Positions 35,596-45,460 of a DNA stretch of 64,000 bases are shown here, in pieces. The notes under the pieces were generated by a model. That model searched no databases, was not told the origin of the DNA, and was given only the letters and a program-made list of their open reading frames with translations. Position 1 is the first letter of the stretch. Every line of letters begins with the position of its first letter. This DNA comes from Patescibacteria group bacterium (lineage in GTDB: Bacteria > Patescibacteriota > UBA1384 > XYA2-FULL-43-10 > 1-14-0-10-43-13): the NCBI GenBank assembly GCA_041671645.1, contig JBAZBD010000001.1, forward strand, positions 173,365-237,364, in the 5' to 3' direction. The position numbers were made by a program, and so were the translations under genes.

Positions 35596-37104
35596 ATGCA
35601 AGAACGGTATGCAGACACCAGAATCGAGCGAATCTGGAGTAACGAAGAGCTACTGCTTGGTTGGCAGACTGTCGAAAAAGCGTTAATCCAAGCTCGTTTC
35701 AATCTAAAACTGATGCCCGAGGTTGATTTTCGGGCGATCATGGAAGCTTTAGACTCAACACCGCCTAATGTTGATTGTTGGAAAGATTGGGACAATAGAC
35801 TGCATCATGACTTAAATGCTGCTCTCAAGGAGCGGATGCGTTTCATTCCTGGCGATCTTCAGCGTTGGTACCATAGTGGTATCACAAGTTATGATACTGA
35901 AGAGGCGGCGATGTTGCGCAAGATCATTATGGCGATCGAAATTTATGAAGCAGAGGTTGTTGAACTTTTAGGAGTAATCAAATCTCAAGCTTTAAAATAT
36001 CGATACACACCCATGATGGGTGTGACGCATGGACAGTGGGCTGACCCTCAATCATTCGGAAAGAGATTAGCTTGTTGGCATCAAGAGCTACAGATGGGGC
36101 TTACTTTACTTCGAGAGTTGAAGTTAAAACTCATCTATTCGAAAATGTCTGGTTTTGTCGGAAACTACACCGAAATAACACCTGAGATTGAAAAAGAGGC
36201 TCTGAGAATCCTCGGATTCAAACCCTATTATGGTGCAACTCAGATCGTACCTCGAACATTGTATGTTCCGGTGGCTTCAACGATTGGCATGATGTCGAAA
36301 ACAATCGCTAATATTGCGATGACCATCAGACTCGGAGCGAGAAGCGCTTCCGTTCTATATCATGAGCCGTTTGGCAAGCAACAAACCGGTTCGACAGCTG
36401 GTCCGCACAAGCGGAATACGATCAACGATGAAAAAGCTGGTGGCATGGATATCATGATCACCAAATACATCGAGATGATCATAGCGTGTTGTGGGACCTG
36501 GGAGGAGCGGGATATCGCTCACTCGTCTGTCGAAAGAAACGCGTGGCCGGACTTATTTCACGCCAGCATCCATCAGGCGAAAGTCATGACCAAAATGATT
36601 GGAGGCTTGGTTGTCTATCCCAAGAACATGATGCTCGAAATTGTGAAGACCAACGGTTGTTACGCGGCGAACGTCGCCAAAGAGCAATTAAAGGAGTGGG
36701 GCGAATCGTATGGCTTGAGCGCTGCTGATTGCTACAAAATCTTTCAACTGGCAGCTTTTAATCTCAGCTGTCCGATACAAGATGAAGATATCGGCAACGA
36801 TCCTGGTTTGATGGATGCGACATTGCGAAGCATCGAGCAGGAAGACTGTTCGGGCCATGCCCGGCGTAATATCCAATATCATATCTCTCTGGGCGAGCTT
36901 GAGCCAAGCGGCGTGCTTGATATTACGGATGAGACAATCAAAGTTTGGAATACCAAGCTTCGGGCGATCTTTGACAGCGTCGAGGTCAACGAGCGTTGGG
37001 ACGAGGTCTTCTCGCTCAAATATCTACTACGCAATGAAGCCAAGATCTTCGAGGAGGTATTTCCGGAACCTGAAGCCCATGAGGAATATGTACCTGGAGC
37101 GTAA
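35596..37104 (+). CDS. purB: Adenylosuccinate lyase (fumarate-lyase family); the ORF could extend to 35497
   Basis: The family signature is GSTAGPHKRN (GSSxMPxKxN). The N-terminus IERIWSNEELLLGWQTVEKAL matches PurB. The RBS aaagggga precedes the ATG at 35596. Confidence 0.8.
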   Translation: MQERYADTRIERIWSNEELLLGWQTVEKALIQARFNLKLMPEVDFRAIMEALDSTPPNVDCWKDWDNRLHHDLNAALKERMRFIPGDLQRWYHSGITSYDTEEAAMLRKIIMAIEIYEAEVVELLGVIKSQALKYRYTPMMGVTHGQWADPQSFGKRLACWHQELQMGLTLLRELKLKLIYSKMSGFVGNYTEITPEIEKEALRILGFKPYYGATQIVPRTLYVPVASTIGMMSKTIANIAMTIRLGARSASVLYHEPFGKQQTGSTAGPHKRNTINDEKAGGMDIMITKYIEMIIACCGTWEERDIAHSSVERNAWPDLFHASIHQAKVMTKMIGGLVVYPKNMMLEIVKTNGCYAANVAKEQLKEWGESYGLSAADCYKIFQLAAFNLSCPIQDEDIGNDPGLMDATLRSIEQEDCSGHARRNIQYHISLGELEPSGVLDITDETIKVWNTKLRAIFDSVEVNERWDEVFSLKYLLRNEAKIFEEVFPEPEAHEEYVPGA

Positions 37105-37119
37105 TTCTAAACAAGATCC

Positions 37120-37170
37120 GAGGGCGGATCGCAGAGAGTATACATACTCAAGCGGTTCGCTCTTTTTAGT
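37120..37170 (+). terminator. Conserved terminator module, copy B
   Basis: gagggcggatcgc...gcggttcgctc followed by TTTTT, ~85% identical to copy A. It sits between the convergent genes purB and 37166. Confidence 0.7.
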
Positions 37171-37906
37171 TCAAATGTAGAATATTTTCGATATATTTCT
37201 TCATTTTTATTTGGTCTTCGATGCTGTTGCCGACTTCGATTGCGGCATACGGAGCGAAATATTTCGGATAATATCGTTTGAGATAATCCATTTGTTTCAA
37301 ATCATCCATATAGTGACGGTCGTTGGTCCAAAAATCGTATTCAGGAATGAACATCTTAGCATCGGCTATAGCGCTCATATGGATGGCGCCAATTTTGTAT
37401 TTCTCGGCAATACCGATATTTATCTCATAACCAGGTAGATTTTGTAATCTGACACTCTCTAAGTGAGAAAGATCGAGACAGACGCCGGCAAAACCCTCGA
37501 GATCTTCGGCGGTCAAACCCTGTACGAAGGCACGGCCAGCATTTTCGATGTAAATCATATTTTTGTATTTGTCCAAGTCGTGGATTATCGGCCAGTCGAT
37601 GGTCGGATGCAGATTGACGGCCTTGGTACCAAAATTTCTGATCATAAAATCTAATTCGTTGGGATGCATATCAGAGCGGATATGAGCAAATGGGATCGAA
37701 ACTGGGCCGAGTTCCTTCACTATTGTTTTGAATAATTCTTCTCGTTCTTCTTGGCTATTGATACAGTTTGGGAAAAGAGCGAATTCCTTGATCTCAAATT
37801 TTTTCAGATCGCCAACATTTTTTCGCCAGTCAGGATTATTTAACGTTGTGAGTGAGACTAATATTTTCGTTTTCATAATAAGTATTAAAGCAAAAAGACG
37901 AGCCAT
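37166..37906 (-). CDS. Hypothetical protein (246 aa), possibly a TIM-barrel-like fold
   Basis: The ATG at 37906 follows the RBS ggaagg. I see no confident motif. Confidence 0.55.
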   Translation of the reverse strand: MARLFALILIMKTKILVSLTTLNNPDWRKNVGDLKKFEIKEFALFPNCINSQEEREELFKTIVKELGPVSIPFAHIRSDMHPNELDFMIRNFGTKAVNLHPTIDWPIIHDLDKYKNMIYIENAGRAFVQGLTAEDLEGFAGVCLDLSHLESVRLQNLPGYEINIGIAEKYKIGAIHMSAIADAKMFIPEYDFWTNDRHYMDDLKQMDYLKRYYPKYFAPYAAIEVGNSIEDQIKMKKYIENILHLN

Positions 37907-37950
37907 CAGCAACCTTCCAAAATCGTTTTTTAGCTGTTAGAATTCCTAAG

Positions 37951-39945
37951 ATGACTAACTTATTGGAAAACCTAAACAAACCGCAGCAAGAGGCTGTTTT
38001 GGCGACGGAGGGGCCTGTCTTGGTCTTGGCTGGAGCGGGATCTGGCAAGACGAAGGCGCTGACTCACCGGATCGCATATTTGATTCGCGAGAAGCATGTC
38101 TCGCCCTATTCTGTCTTGGCTGTCACCTTCACGAATAAGGCAGCAGCCGAGATGCAATCTCGTGTTTCGAGTTTGCTCTCTGGGAATAAGGAATTAGGAA
38201 TTATGAATAAGGGAAGTGAAAACCCTAATTCCTACTCCGATATTCCTAATTCGGCGGATGCATTCCGTCTACCTTGGATGGGGACTTTTCACTCCATTTG
38301 TGTTCGGATTTTGCGGCGCGAAGCTGATTTTGTCGGGTATTCTAGAAGCTTCACCATTTACGATTCACAGGATTCGCTTTCGGTGATCAAGAAGATTATG
38401 AAGGAGCAAAATGTCGATCCGAAACATTTCAATCCCAATTCCGTCCAGTATTTCATTTCCGGTGCCAAGAACGAGCTGATCGATTCGGCCGGTTACAAAA
38501 AGTATATCAACTCTCCGTTCGAGGCGGTCACCAGCAAAGTTTACGAGCGCTACGAGAAGTACTTGCGCGAAGCAAATGCGATGGATTTTGACGATCTGAT
38601 CATGCAATGTGTCTTCTTGTTTCAAAAAAATCCGGCTATTTTGGAAAAATATCAAAATTTATTTCGCTATATTCTAGTTGACGAGTACCAGGACACCAAC
38701 CAAGCACAGTATTTGTGGGCAAAGTTGTTGGCCGAGAAGCACAAGAATATTATGGTGGTGGGTGACGATTATCAATCTATTTACAGTTGGCGCGGTGCGA
38801 ATTTCAAGAATATTTTGAATTTTGAGCGTGATTACAAAAACGCGGTCGTGGTCAAATTGGAGCAAAATTATCGCTCGACCAAGACGATCCTGGATGCGGC
38901 CAACGAGGTGATCAAATACAACGAGAACAAGACCGACAAGAAACTCTGGACCGAGAAGGAAGAAGGCGCCGCAATCACGGTTTACGAGGCACTAAACGAA
39001 AAAGATGAGGCAGAATTCTTGGCCATGGAGATTAGATCGATGCGTAATCGCGGTATGGATTACAACGACTTTGCAGTTCTGTACCGGACGAATGCTCAAT
39101 CTCGTGCGGTCGAGGAAGTTTTCTTGCGTTTCAAAATGCCATATCGAGTTGTCGGCGGTCTTCGCTTTTACGAACGCAAAGAGATCAAGGATATGATTTC
39201 ATATTTGAGATTGATGTCCAATCCTGCTGACCACGAAGCCTTGAGCAGAATCGTCTCGTCTCCGCCGAGAGGAATTGGCGACAAAACACTCGAGCAAATT
39301 CGCGGATTTCGCTATGACGATCCGGAAGAGAAATTGATGAGCTTGCCCAAGAAAGTCCAGGATTTCTATAAAGTGTTGAAGGATTTGTCGCTTGCTTCGT
39401 TGACTGCTTCGCTCGATCAATTAATTATCAAAATTGCAGAGAGAACTGGTTTCAAAGAATATTTGCTCGACGGCACCCCGGAGGGAGAAGCGAGATGGGA
39501 AAACGTCGAAGAGCTCTCCACCGTAGCGGAGCAAGCCGAGGCCAATCATGAAATTAAAAAAGATCTTCAAGACGAAAACGACGACGTTGATCGTACAGTT
39601 CTGGAAGAGTTTCTAGAACAAGTTGCGTTGGTCCAAGATACCGATCAAATGAACGAGGGCGACGGTGTCGTCACTCTAATGACTTTGCACTCTGCCAAAG
39701 GACTAGAATTCAGCGTCGTATTTATCGTCGGCGCCGAAGAAGGAATATTTCCACATTCTCGCTCCCTCATGGACGCGTCCGAGATGGAGGAAGAGCGTCG
39801 CTTGGCTTATGTTGGCATCACTCGCGCCAAGGAGCGGCTCTATATGATCCATGCAGGAGAGCGCAACATTTATGGCCGTTTCCAATCAAATCCAAGATCT
39901 CGTTTCATCGATAATATTCCGGAACATTTACTGGATCAGATTTAA
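37951..39945 (+). CDS. uvrD: ATP-dependent DNA helicase UvrD/PcrA
   Basis: The Walker A is GAGSGKTKALTHRIAYLI. TFTNKAAAEM, ILVDEYQDTN and VGDDYQSIYSWRGA are present. There is an in-frame ~25-aa insertion at 38186-38252. Confidence 0.9.
   Translation: MTNLLENLNKPQQEAVLATEGPVLVLAGAGSGKTKALTHRIAYLIREKHVSPYSVLAVTFTNKAAAEMQSRVSSLLSGNKELGIMNKGSENPNSYSDIPNSADAFRLPWMGTFHSICVRILRREADFVGYSRSFTIYDSQDSLSVIKKIMKEQNVDPKHFNPNSVQYFISGAKNELIDSAGYKKYINSPFEAVTSKVYERYEKYLREANAMDFDDLIMQCVFLFQKNPAILEKYQNLFRYILVDEYQDTNQAQYLWAKLLAEKHKNIMVVGDDYQSIYSWRGANFKNILNFERDYKNAVVVKLEQNYRSTKTILDAANEVIKYNENKTDKKLWTEKEEGAAITVYEALNEKDEAEFLAMEIRSMRNRGMDYNDFAVLYRTNAQSRAVEEVFLRFKMPYRVVGGLRFYERKEIKDMISYLRLMSNPADHEALSRIVSSPPRGIGDKTLEQIRGFRYDDPEEKLMSLPKKVQDFYKVLKDLSLASLTASLDQLIIKIAERTGFKEYLLDGTPEGEARWENVEELSTVAEQAEANHEIKKDLQDENDDVDRTVLEEFLEQVALVQDTDQMNEGDGVVTLMTLHSAKGLEFSVVFIVGAEEGIFPHSRSLMDASEMEEERRLAYVGITRAKERLYMIHAGERNIYGRFQSNPRSRFIDNIPEHLLDQI
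38186..38252. repeat. AT-rich inverted-repeat insertion (aggaattaggaatta ... ctaattcctactccgatattcctaattc), in frame inside uvrD
   Basis: It is related to the intergenic taattcctaa/ttctaatt repeat family. It interrupts the conserved LLSG-(insert)-GTFHS region. Confidence 0.65.
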
Positions 39946-40539
39946 GCATTCATTTACATGCAAATTATTTAGTTCTATAATTATACCAATAGCATCTGGG
40001 GAGGGTTGCCTTTCCTTACGATGGTGTACTTAAAGTAATCCAGACGATTGAAACGGCTGAAACGATCTCCAATCTTCACTCACATCCATTAATGGAGGGG
40101 GGAGACTGATCAGACAGATATTCTCACCGCTTTAGCGAAACGAAGCAATTTCGAACCTATTTGGTTCTGCCTATGCTTTCGTATTATTTTAATGAACTGT
40201 CAGAAGGTAAGCTTCTAGTTTTAAAGAAGCTTGAAAAAGGAAGGTTTCCTATTTTGTGTTTTGCGACTATTCTATAATCATTTTTTGTACTTAATTTTGT
40301 ATTAAATTATCAGTCTCTATATTTGCCATAGCATTATGTTGTTGGTAAAATATTGGCATAGATTTCGGGGAGGGTTGTCGAACGTTTTCGGCTGTATATA
40401 GCTAAATGCGCTCCACATTCCTATTTTGCATTTGTTAATAATTGTTGTTCCTCTTTCTCCCGCCCCACCCGTCCTCCCCTCGGGCAGGGGAGGAGCCGTT
40501 TGACTAGTTTTGGCATTGTAGTAGAATGGTAAGTAATAT

Positions 40540-41538
40540 ATGAAAACCATTAAGCTTTTGCTAGCAGGGTTGGTGTTGCCGGCAGGTTTTGTTTCGGCCC
40601 TCACATTTGGTTCGCTCAGTCAATCTAACGCTACACCCTCAAGGGTGGAGAGGCCTTTCGTTGTGGAAATCTACTCGGCCGATGGAAATGTTGAAAAAAC
40701 GATAAGTGGTGTGAGTTATGAAACAGACTCGTATCTTATTGCCGAAAAGTTGGGGGCTTCACCTGTCAGGGCCGATAAGTTCACTGCTTTTCCTGAGATC
40801 AGGATGAATATCGGTAGCAAGATCACATTGTATAGGTCGCCCATGATATTATTGATCGACGGGAAGAACAAAACTGAGATTCGAAGCTGGTCCAAAACTG
40901 TTGGGGAATTACTTCTCGAGCAAAACATTGATTTAGCGAGCGAGGATAAGATAGCGCCTCCACTGGATACTGAAATTGCTGACGGCTCACAAATCAAGAT
41001 TACGAGAGTAGCGATTGCTCATATCGACAAATTAACTGATATCGAGTTCAAGACTATCAACAAGAATGATAACACTCTCGACAAGGGCAAGACTCGCGTC
41101 GAGCAAAAGGGCTTGAAGGGCCAGAAGAAGCTGACTTATGAGATTCGTCGCGAAGATGGTGTCGAAGTCGCAAGAAGATTGATCAACACAGAAATTGTGA
41201 CCAAGGCGATAGACCAGATTACGATTATTGGCACGAAGCCGGTGATTACTGGCTGGTGTAAATATAATGATCTGGTTCTAGACGCTTCGATCAAAAATGG
41301 TATCGATCCTGATAGAGTTTGCGCTCTGATGCGCAAGGAGAGCAACGGAAACGCTGATTCTGTTTCTGGCGGAGGCCATCTTGGCCTTTTCCAATACACT
41401 GAAGGATTTTGGGCTGACGCATCTGCCAAGGCTGGATACAGCGGAGCGTCATGGGACAACGCAAAGGCTCAGATCTATACCACGGCCTGGGCCTTGACTC
41501 ATGGCTACGCTGGTCGGTGGGCGGGAACATTTAAATAG
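40540..41538 (+). CDS. Secreted RpfB/YabE-like cell-wall hydrolase (G5 domain plus Rpf/transglycosylase-like C-terminal domain)
   Basis: It has a signal peptide MKTIKLLLAGLVLPAGFVSA and a G5-like segment (KGKTRVEQKGLKGQKKLTYEIRREDGVEV). The C-terminus is MRKESNGNADSVSGGGHLGLFQYTEGFWA. Confidence 0.7.
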   Translation: MKTIKLLLAGLVLPAGFVSALTFGSLSQSNATPSRVERPFVVEIYSADGNVEKTISGVSYETDSYLIAEKLGASPVRADKFTAFPEIRMNIGSKITLYRSPMILLIDGKNKTEIRSWSKTVGELLLEQNIDLASEDKIAPPLDTEIADGSQIKITRVAIAHIDKLTDIEFKTINKNDNTLDKGKTRVEQKGLKGQKKLTYEIRREDGVEVARRLINTEIVTKAIDQITIIGTKPVITGWCKYNDLVLDASIKNGIDPDRVCALMRKESNGNADSVSGGGHLGLFQYTEGFWADASAKAGYSGASWDNAKAQIYTTAWALTHGYAGRWAGTFK

Positions 41539-41552
41539 CTGAAAGCAGATGA

Positions 41553-42461
41553 ATGTCGATTGATTTAACTGATAAAGAACAACTTACAAAATATTTGAAG
41601 TCTAAGGGGTTATTGGCCAAGCAAAGTTTGGGCCAGAATTTTCTAGTTGATCGAGAGGTACTGGAAAAAATCGTAGAAGCGGCTGAGATAAAAACTAGCG
41701 ACACTGTAATCGAAGTCGGCCCAGGTCTTGGCACGTTGACGGAGGAATTAATTTTGCGGGCAGGCAAAGTCATCGCAATTGAGAAAGACGATAAGTTGGC
41801 AAAATTGTTGAGTTCACAATTTTGTCATCCTGAACTTGATTCAGGATCCAGTATTGTTAACCTAGATTCCGGATCTCAAGCCGCAGTCCGGAATGACAAT
41901 CTGGTTGTGCTAAACTCCGATATTCTAGCGGTCAATGTTCCGGAGCTGACGGGCGGAAAACCTTACAAAGTGGTGGCAAATATCCCTTATTACATTACGG
42001 CCAAAATCATCAAGTTGTTTCTGACCTCAGAGAATAAGCCTGAGTCAATCGTTTTGTTAGTGCAAAAAGAGGTGGCTGAGCGTATTTGCGCTAAGCCAGG
42101 ACAATTATCAATTCTCGCGCTATCTGTCCAAGCATTTGGCGAACCGGAAATTGTAAGCGTCGTGAAGCGGGATTCTTTTTTCCCAGCTCCTGCAGTTGAT
42201 TCGGCGATACTTCGTATCAGAATTCAGAATTCAGAATTCAGAATTCAACCGGAAGACGAGAGAGAACTTTTCCGTCTGATCCATATTGGCTTTGCCAGCA
42301 AGCGCAAAACTCTCATAAACAATTTATCGGCAGGACTTCGAATTGATAAAAAAGCAATAGCGGATATAATTAAATCAATCGGACTTGGCGAAAACGCCAG
42401 AGCACAAGAGCTGAGTCTGGAAGAGTGGAAGAAGCTATCATTAATATTGAAACTGAAATGA
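41553..42461 (+). CDS. rsmA: 16S rRNA (adenine1518/1519-N6)-dimethyltransferase
   Basis: GQNFLVD, the motif I EVGPGLGTLT and NIPYYIT are present. Confidence 0.9.
   Translation: MSIDLTDKEQLTKYLKSKGLLAKQSLGQNFLVDREVLEKIVEAAEIKTSDTVIEVGPGLGTLTEELILRAGKVIAIEKDDKLAKLLSSQFCHPELDSGSSIVNLDSGSQAAVRNDNLVVLNSDILAVNVPELTGGKPYKVVANIPYYITAKIIKLFLTSENKPESIVLLVQKEVAERICAKPGQLSILALSVQAFGEPEIVSVVKRDSFFPAPAVDSAILRIRIQNSEFRIQPEDERELFRLIHIGFASKRKTLINNLSAGLRIDKKAIADIIKSIGLGENARAQELSLEEWKKLSLILKLK
42217..42247. repeat. Heptanucleotide tandem repeat (CAGAATT)x4, in frame in rsmA/ksgA
   Basis: tcagaattcagaattcagaattcagaattcaacc encodes IRIQNSEFRIQ. Confidence 0.8.
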
Positions 42462-43960
42462 TGAAGTTAATCGGCGAGCCGACTCCTGATCAAAATCAAT
42501 CAGTCTCGAACGAAGGAGTTGAAGGTGATGATGGTCATTTTTCAGCCATTAATTATAATTCGGACGATCTGGTCGAGCCGACGTTCCCAGAATTTGACCT
42601 GCGCGACACTCGAGAATTCCAAGAGGTTTACGAGGAGACTCTGGACTTAGCCGAGAAGGTATCTGGTCATATTGCTACTATGCTCAAGTTCCAGGACAGT
42701 TCTCTGGAGGTTGAACTGATTGAGAAATCTATTCTGAGGGAAATTGCTGAGCGATTCCAGAATTTTAACGAGGGCAAGGTTGACCTGGCGGTTCGCGGCT
42801 TGGCATTAATTAACGCTGAATTGCAAGGCTTGCTTTCCTATCCTGCCACACCTCAGGGCTTTATGGATGCACAGTTCATTATCGATGATTTTCTAAAGGA
42901 GCAGCCGAAGTCAGATAAAGAAAAACTTGAAGGAGGCCTTTTCTCTCAAGAGATAATTGCTCGACGCTTACAACGTTTGTATGATAAATCTGACTTTAAC
43001 CTGCGCGATTACGAAGGTTTGACAACGAACACAACGGTGAGTCTCGAGCATCTCTTGAAGGAATTAATGCTTCACACTTTAACCACAGGGGCAAAGAATC
43101 CCGAAGAGCTTACAATTCTGGATCTGGGAGCCGGAGAAGGAAGACTCGCTATTCCTCTAGCCACTCTAGGTTATCATGTGAATGGCATCGATATCTCAAA
43201 GGGAATGGTCGAGAAAGTAGACGATCGGACAGAGCTGTTTTGGGATGGTTTTACAGGCAAGACCTCAGATAAACTTGCAGAATCGGCAAACACTGTCTTT
43301 GACGCTCTAAAAGTTTCTCCAAAGGTAGAAAACTTAGACGATCTGAAAAAAAACATCCAAATCCAGCAGGGCAATTTCTTCGATATTGACAGCGAAGATT
43401 ATGATAGGAGATTTGGCCCCGATAAGGCCGACGCTGCTATCGTTATGTGGCACACCTTTGGATTTGCGGGTGATCATGAAGGCCAAATGAAGGTATTAAA
43501 AAATATTTATGATAATGTGCGACCTGGCGGCATAGTCGCTATCGAGATGCCTGATCGTGAGTTTGGCGGTTATGGAAGGGCGGTTCGAGAATATCAGCGG
43601 TTGCATGGCCAGGATAACGATGCACAGAAGCCGATTCCGTTTGGGGCTCTAGTCGACGCACCCTCAAAGAGCGCCGGAAATCCGACAGAACAGAACGAAG
43701 AGCTTGAAACGCCAAGATATTTCCCAAGCAAAAATGAGATGATTGGTATATTAGAAGACGCTGATTTCAATCTCGCTGAGTGCTACGACTATTTTGTCCC
43801 GATTGATGGTCCTGACGGAAAACAACTGGCAGTCCTGGAACATCTGTTTGTCGCTGTAAGGCCTAGAGGCAAGAGTCAGAAGAATCTACGTGCCAAAACC
43901 GAAATAGCGCAAGAAGATTCATCACGTCTAGAGGAAGTAAGGAAGAGAATAGCTGCCTAA
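42425..43960 (+). CDS. Hypothetical protein with a class I SAM-dependent methyltransferase domain; the start could be at ~42458
   Basis: ILDLGAGEGRLAIPLATLGYHVNGIDIS is motif I, and VRPGGIVAIE is present. Confidence 0.65.
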   Translation: MEEAIINIETEMMKLIGEPTPDQNQSVSNEGVEGDDGHFSAINYNSDDLVEPTFPEFDLRDTREFQEVYEETLDLAEKVSGHIATMLKFQDSSLEVELIEKSILREIAERFQNFNEGKVDLAVRGLALINAELQGLLSYPATPQGFMDAQFIIDDFLKEQPKSDKEKLEGGLFSQEIIARRLQRLYDKSDFNLRDYEGLTTNTTVSLEHLLKELMLHTLTTGAKNPEELTILDLGAGEGRLAIPLATLGYHVNGIDISKGMVEKVDDRTELFWDGFTGKTSDKLAESANTVFDALKVSPKVENLDDLKKNIQIQQGNFFDIDSEDYDRRFGPDKADAAIVMWHTFGFAGDHEGQMKVLKNIYDNVRPGGIVAIEMPDREFGGYGRAVREYQRLHGQDNDAQKPIPFGALVDAPSKSAGNPTEQNEELETPRYFPSKNEMIGILEDADFNLAECYDYFVPIDGPDGKQLAVLEHLFVAVRPRGKSQKNLRAKTEIAQEDSSRLEEVRKRIAA

Positions 43961-44727
43961 TCTTGCTTCTCGGCGCCTTTCCACGCTAGTTCAAATAGAC
44001 CTCTCATACTCTCAGCGATGCTTTTGTTGTCGATAATTACGGCCAGCGGAACATCGCCTTTGTTATAGTTAGCGAAGGAAACTTTGTTTCCATATACCTG
44101 AATCTCTAGTTTACAGGGGAATAGGCTCTTTTTGACTATCCTTGTTTCCCGCAGCTCCTCAGCGTCGTGTGAAATATACTCTGCAGTATTCTTGTCCTCT
44201 GCGGCCGATACTATAACGCGAGCAGTAATTTCGGCTTTTACACGTTGCTTTACGTAAACGTCGCGAAGCCATTTCCATATCTCCATATTTGATTCATTGG
44301 CTTCAAGAAATGAATAGATCGGCTTGTTCTCTTGGATTGTGTCCTCGTAGAGCTTCTTGATTCCTTCTATCCCTTCCATGACCTGTACTCCTGGCTTGTG
44401 GTAGGTCAGATTGAATGCGGAGATGAGAGAGGGGAGAACGGCGTTGATCTCGCGCTCGGCCAGCGAAGCGGCGTGAATCTGGGCGTCGGTGTATTCCCTG
44501 ATCTTCTCAGGGTGAGCCAGGCGAAAATGCTTCTTCTTCTGCTTGCTGAACTCCTCGATGAAGCCAAGCCCCTTGAGAGCGTAGATCTTGTTGTAGCAAT
44601 CTCCCTTCTTGAGGCCGGTCCTCTTGATAATTTCGTGCGCAGGGAGCTCACCACCCTCGAGGAGGGCGCTGTAGATGTTGATTTCCTGGTCGGTCAAGCC
44701 GACCTTTTTGAGTATGTCTAGCTGCAT
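43957..44727 (-). CDS. TrmB-family (winged-HTH) transcriptional regulator
   Basis: The N-terminus LTDQEINIYSALLEGGELPAHEIIKRTGLKKGDCYNKIYALKGLGFIEE is a TrmB-like HTH. Confidence 0.6.
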   Translation of the reverse strand: MQLDILKKVGLTDQEINIYSALLEGGELPAHEIIKRTGLKKGDCYNKIYALKGLGFIEEFSKQKKKHFRLAHPEKIREYTDAQIHAASLAEREINAVLPSLISAFNLTYHKPGVQVMEGIEGIKKLYEDTIQENKPIYSFLEANESNMEIWKWLRDVYVKQRVKAEITARVIVSAAEDKNTAEYISHDAEELRETRIVKKSLFPCKLEIQVYGNKVSFANYNKGDVPLAVIIDNKSIAESMRGLFELAWKGAEKQD

Positions 44728-44877
44728 AATAGTATTATATACTGCTCCAAAGTAGTAGTCAAGACTTCGTGACAGGTATAGTCAAAATCTCGATTCTAAT
44801 AACAAAAAAGTGAGTCACGGAGCCAACAATCGGTAAATAAGACAGTCACGATATAGTGACAAATTGGTCATAAACCC

Positions 44878-44906
44878 TTGACAATCCCAAATAGGCATGC
44901 TATAAT
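44878..44906 (+). promoter_or_regulatory. Consensus sigma70 promoter
   Basis: TTGACA, a 17-nt spacer, TATAAT. Confidence 0.65.
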
Positions 44907-44912
44907 ATACCC

Positions 44913-45364
44913 ATCACGATGAGAAAGGCGAACAACCCACAGGAGGATTAGGCCGCTGCCCAGACTGATAGAACATTTACAACCAAATAGGTACATAGGT
45001 AGAAAAAGATCAAGCCCTATCAATAGATAAGGCGATCCCGATCACAAATGGCACAATCCGGCTCGTATCTCAGGAGATAAGAGCGCAAATTCACGCCACT
45101 TGAGATCATCCCCAGCACACTCAATTGAGTCGCAAGGGGAATTACCCGAATCCCGATCAAATTCCCGCCCCTTAGGCGGAAATATGGAAGATATTATCAA
45201 TATCCGGTTTGGCCGCACAGGTTCAAGCATTTACAAGATAATACATCATATATATAGGATCAGATTCAACCGACTTATGAGTAGTACATTTATCCATGAC
45301 ACAGGAGTTTAGCGATAAGTATAAAACTCACCCCCCATCCTTCGCAAGAAGGGTGATGGGGGGC
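44913..45364 (+). ncRNA. Candidate ~450-nt non-coding transcript of unassigned class, ending in a strong GC hairpin
   Basis: The region has no ORF with an RBS. Internal hairpins include GGGGAATT...AATTCCC and CCGCC-CCTTA-GGCGG. The terminal hairpin CACCCCCCATCC-ttcgcaagaa-GGGTGATGGGGGG is at 45329-45364, with no T-run after it. Confidence 0.3.
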
Positions 45365-45460
45365 TTCCTCAGGAGGGGCAATATTCGTAAGTGTCAACGG
45401 CGCGAATAACGGCGTTTGAGCTCATATCGAGCATATACGCCAGAATTAACGCCAGACCGG

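Noticed and set aside
45042-45312. Two overlapping antisense small ORFs (62 and 70 aa)
   Set aside because: They overlap each other on opposite strands, have no convincing RBS, and sit inside a likely ncRNA or leader transcript.
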